Source of the DNA: an uncultured Gemmatimonadota bacterium
GTDB lineage: Bacteria > JAAXHH01
Direction: 5' to 3'
Assembly: GCA_951812955.1 (NCBI GenBank)
Contig: OX638340.1
Coordinates: 3,296,001 to 3,360,000, forward strand
Length of the DNA: 64,000 nt
Shown here: one piece after another, positions 61,829-64,000 of the stretch
How the letters are laid out: each line of letters opens with the position of its first letter
How positions within the stretch are numbered: the stretch's first letter is position 1
Translations under genes and position numbers: made by a program
Notes under the pieces: model-generated
What the model saw: only the letters and a program-made list of their open reading frames with translations
Told to the model about the DNA's origin: nothing
The model's database searches: none

Positions 61829-62467
61829 ATGCCGAGCAGGAAAGCCCAGCAGGAACGCATGGGTGAAGCGCTGGACCGCCTGAAGAAGACCTACCCCGCC
61901 GTTGCCCCCGCATTGAACTTCACCACGCCGTTCGAACTGCTGGTCGCGACCATCCTGTCGGCGCAGTGCACGGACAAACAGATAAACGTGGTCACGGAAC
62001 CACTCTTCAGGAAGTATCCATCCCCCGGACACTTTCTGGATGCCGCGCCGGAAGAACTTGAAGCGGATATCTTCACGACAGGCTTCTACCGCAACAAGGC
62101 GGCCAATATCCGGAAATGCTGCCAGGCGTTGATCGATCTCCACGGCGGTGAGGTCCCCACTGGCATGGAGGAACTAACGAACCTGGCCGGTGTGGGGCGT
62201 AAGACGGCCAACGTCGTGCGGGGTAACGCCTTCGGTATACCGGGGATCGCCGTGGACACCCACGTAAAGCGACTGTCCGCTCTGCTCGGTTTTACGAAAC
62301 ACACCGACCCCGACCGGATCGAGTCAGACCTGATGCAAATCGTGCCGGAGTCCGACTGGACCGGCCTGGGACACCTCCTGGCGGCCCACGGCAGGAAGAC
62401 CTGCGTCGCCAGGCGGCCGAAATGCGACGAATGCGTCCTGAGCGACCTGTGTCCATCGGCCAAGTAG
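61829..62467 (+). CDS. nth: Endonuclease III
   Basis: HhH-GPD LAGVGRKTANVV, catalytic Lys, C-x6-C-x2-C-x5-C 4Fe-4S cluster at the C-terminus. Confidence 0.9.
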   Translation: MPSRKAQQERMGEALDRLKKTYPAVAPALNFTTPFELLVATILSAQCTDKQINVVTEPLFRKYPSPGHFLDAAPEELEADIFTTGFYRNKAANIRKCCQALIDLHGGEVPTGMEELTNLAGVGRKTANVVRGNAFGIPGIAVDTHVKRLSALLGFTKHTDPDRIESDLMQIVPESDWTGLGHLLAAHGRKTCVARRPKCDECVLSDLCPSAK

Positions 62468-62529
62468 GCGTCAGTAGCCGTCCCGGACGCTGTTTTGTAT
62501 TTTCAACAGGTCCCTCGCCGGGTATATTT

Positions 62530-62568
62530 CCTGTACCTGGTTACTGTACCTGGTTCAGGTACCTGGTG
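62530..62568. promoter_or_regulatory. 13-bp direct repeats x3 (CTGTACCTGGTTA-like)
   Basis: ctgtacctggtta / ctgtacctggttc / aggtacctggtgg, 85 bp upstream of an OmpR-family regulator gene. Confidence 0.35.
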
Positions 62569-62574
62569 GAGATC

Positions 62575-62609
62575 CACCCGCGCATGCGGCGTTTTTTTGC
62601 TTTTTTGCC
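62575..62609 (+). terminator. Hairpin (CGCATGCG core) followed by TTTTTTTGCTTTTTT, terminator-like, after nth
   Basis: GC-rich palindrome plus two T-runs. Confidence 0.45.
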
Positions 62610-62653
62610 CGGCGAATGGGTAAAGACCCGATAGGGAACCGAGGGGATCGAAA

Positions 62654-63331
62654 ATGCGCCATACGATACTGGTCGTAGACGACGAACCGGATATCGTGGA
62701 AATTATCCAGTATAACCTGGAGAAATCGGGCTTCGACGTCACCGTTGCGGCGGACGGACCCACCGCCGTTGAAAAAGCCCGCGACGAGACCCCCGATCTC
62801 ATCGTGCTCGACCTCATGCTGCCCGGGCTTGAAGGCACCGATGTATGCCGGATTCTGAAACAGGACGACCGCACGAGATCCATTCCCATCCTGATGCTCA
62901 CCGCGAAAAGCGAGGAAATCGACCGGATCATCGGCCTCGAACTGGGGGCGGACGACTATGTGGTCAAACCCTTCAGCCCCCGGGAGATCGCGCTGCGCAT
63001 CCGAAACATCCTGCGCCGTCGCTCCGCGCCGGATTCCCCGGGCCCGGTCCGGGCGGGTCCCCTGGTCATTGACGTGGAAGGCCATCACGTGTCCGTATCG
63101 AACCGTACCGTATCCCTGACGGCCACCGAGTTCAAATTACTGGCCATTCTATATCAGCGCCGCGGCAGGGTGCAGACGAGAGAGGAACTGCTCGACGTGG
63201 TGTGGGGATATGATTACATGGGGTACGGCCGTACCGTAGACGCCCACATCAAGCGCCTCAGAGAGAAACTCGGCGAGGCCAGCGGCATGGTGGAAACGGT
63301 GCGCGGGGTGGGTTACCGCTTCACCAGGTAG
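62654..63331 (+). CDS. OmpR/PhoB-family response regulator
   Basis: ILVVDDEPDI, LDLMLPG, winged helix GYRFTR terminus. Confidence 0.9.
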   Translation: MRHTILVVDDEPDIVEIIQYNLEKSGFDVTVAADGPTAVEKARDETPDLIVLDLMLPGLEGTDVCRILKQDDRTRSIPILMLTAKSEEIDRIIGLELGADDYVVKPFSPREIALRIRNILRRRSAPDSPGPVRAGPLVIDVEGHHVSVSNRTVSLTATEFKLLAILYQRRGRVQTREELLDVVWGYDYMGYGRTVDAHIKRLREKLGEASGMVETVRGVGYRFTR

Positions 63332-63339
63332 ACCGTGTC

Positions 63340-64000
63340 ATGCGATTTTCGCTCCAGACAAAGATATTGGTAGGCTACGTCGCCTTCACCCTGGTGGTGG
63401 CGGCCGCGGTGTACATCTACCTGAACACTTCCCTGCGCGCGGATGTCAGCGGCCATACCCGGCAGCAGTTGCTCAACGACGCGCGCCTGATCCAGTCCTA
63501 CCTCGAAAACACGCCTCTCCAGTCGCTTGCCCCCGGGACGATCGATCCGATCGCCGACCGGCTGGGCGAGCAGTGCGGCGCCCGGGTCACCGTGGTGAAG
63601 GACGACGGCGTCGTGGCCGGTGATTCGTCCATCCCCCTTTCCTCCGTTCCCCTCATGGAGAACCATGGCGACCGGCCGGAAATCCTGGAAGCCGTCGCGT
63701 CGGGCATCGGAAATAGCATTCGCTACAGCAATACGCTGGAAACCGACATGGCCTACGTGGCCGTCCCCTTCCGGACCGAACGGGCAAGAGGCGTCGTACG
63801 CGTCGCCCTGCCGCTACAGCAGTTCCAGTGGATCGAGTCCCACATATGGAAGATCGTGCTCGCGGCCCTTGGCATCGGCCTCGTGTTGAGCGTTGTGTTG
63901 AGCTGGGGCACGGAAAGACTGGTATCCCGTCCGATCGAACGCATGACGGAGGTCGCTCGGCGCCAGGCTGCCGGCGATCTCACGGTCACGGCTTCCGCGC
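63340..64000 (+). CDS. Sensor histidine kinase, N-terminal part (periplasmic sensor, TM, HAMP); truncated by window end
   Basis: Own translation from the ATG at 63340: MRFSLQTKILVGYVAFTLVVAAAVYIYL ... second TM ... RPIERMTEVARRQAAGDLT (HAMP). Absent from the ORF track because no stop lies in the window. Confidence 0.6.
   Translation, partial: MRFSLQTKILVGYVAFTLVVAAAVYIYLNTSLRADVSGHTRQQLLNDARLIQSYLENTPLQSLAPGTIDPIADRLGEQCGARVTVVKDDGVVAGDSSIPLSSVPLMENHGDRPEILEAVASGIGNSIRYSNTLETDMAYVAVPFRTERARGVVRVALPLQQFQWIESHIWKIVLAALGIGLVLSVVLSWGTERLVSRPIERMTEVARRQAAGDLTVTASA

Noticed and set aside
60007-61860. 617-aa ORF antisense to polX
   Set aside because: PolX HhH and PHP motifs are on the + strand. 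The antisense frame has no motifs.

Overview
This is a GC-rich bacterial chromosomal segment, roughly two-thirds G+C by eye. About 60 protein-coding genes are tightly packed, with one tRNA-Gly(CCC) and no rRNA or CRISPR array. I could not assign phylum confidently. The archaeal/Bacteroidetes-type asd, the GldG-like ABC system and the Bat (Bacteroides aerotolerance) genes fit a Bacteroidota/Rhodothermota-like or similar lineage; that placement is an inference.

Gene content, left to right:
- A lower-GC patch at about 1-1900 holds an MmeI-like PD-(D/E)xK nuclease-domain ORF and a RelE/RHH toxin-antitoxin pair.
- A Gfo/Idh/MocA oxidoreductase and an Ldh_2-family dehydrogenase follow.
- groES-groEL sit behind a 330-bp AT-rich leader that carries a textbook sigma54 -24/-12 element.
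- An FmdB zinc-ribbon gene leads into a 17.5-kb co-directional MoxR/DUF58/BatA-BatE aerotolerance supra-operon. It carries two embedded insertions: an ABC/GldG/DUF4340 four-gene set, and aspartate kinase, homoserine dehydrogenase and aspartate-semialdehyde dehydrogenase.
- Next come a class V aminotransferase, a sulfotransferase and SurE.
- A tandem double-PspC membrane protein with internal coding repeats lies divergent from an ECF sigma / zinc-finger anti-sigma pair.
- lepA-lepB-hemW-ddl follow, then tRNA-Gly and a TPR lipoprotein.
- An IlvD/EDD dehydratase, PhyH dioxygenase and sugar-phosphate isomerase form a cluster on the minus strand.
- DUF2953 and GerW (YtfI/YtfJ-like) are followed by MsrA.
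- A 1183-aa PHP-phosphoesterase::UvrD-helicase fusion comes next.
- A tripartite RND efflux system is followed by cysC, cysD and cysNC.
- FeoB is split into two ORFs preceded by two DtxR-FeoA fusion regulators.
- The right end holds an orphan receiver domain, PolX, Nth and an OmpR/PhoR-like two-component pair that is truncated at the window end.

Short tandem repeats of 9-39 bp occur at seven or more sites, mostly intergenic.

The most unusual items are the PHP-UvrD fusion, the expanded Bat operon, the sigma54 promoter on groESL, the split-FeoB / double-DtxR-FeoA module and the RM/TA remnant.
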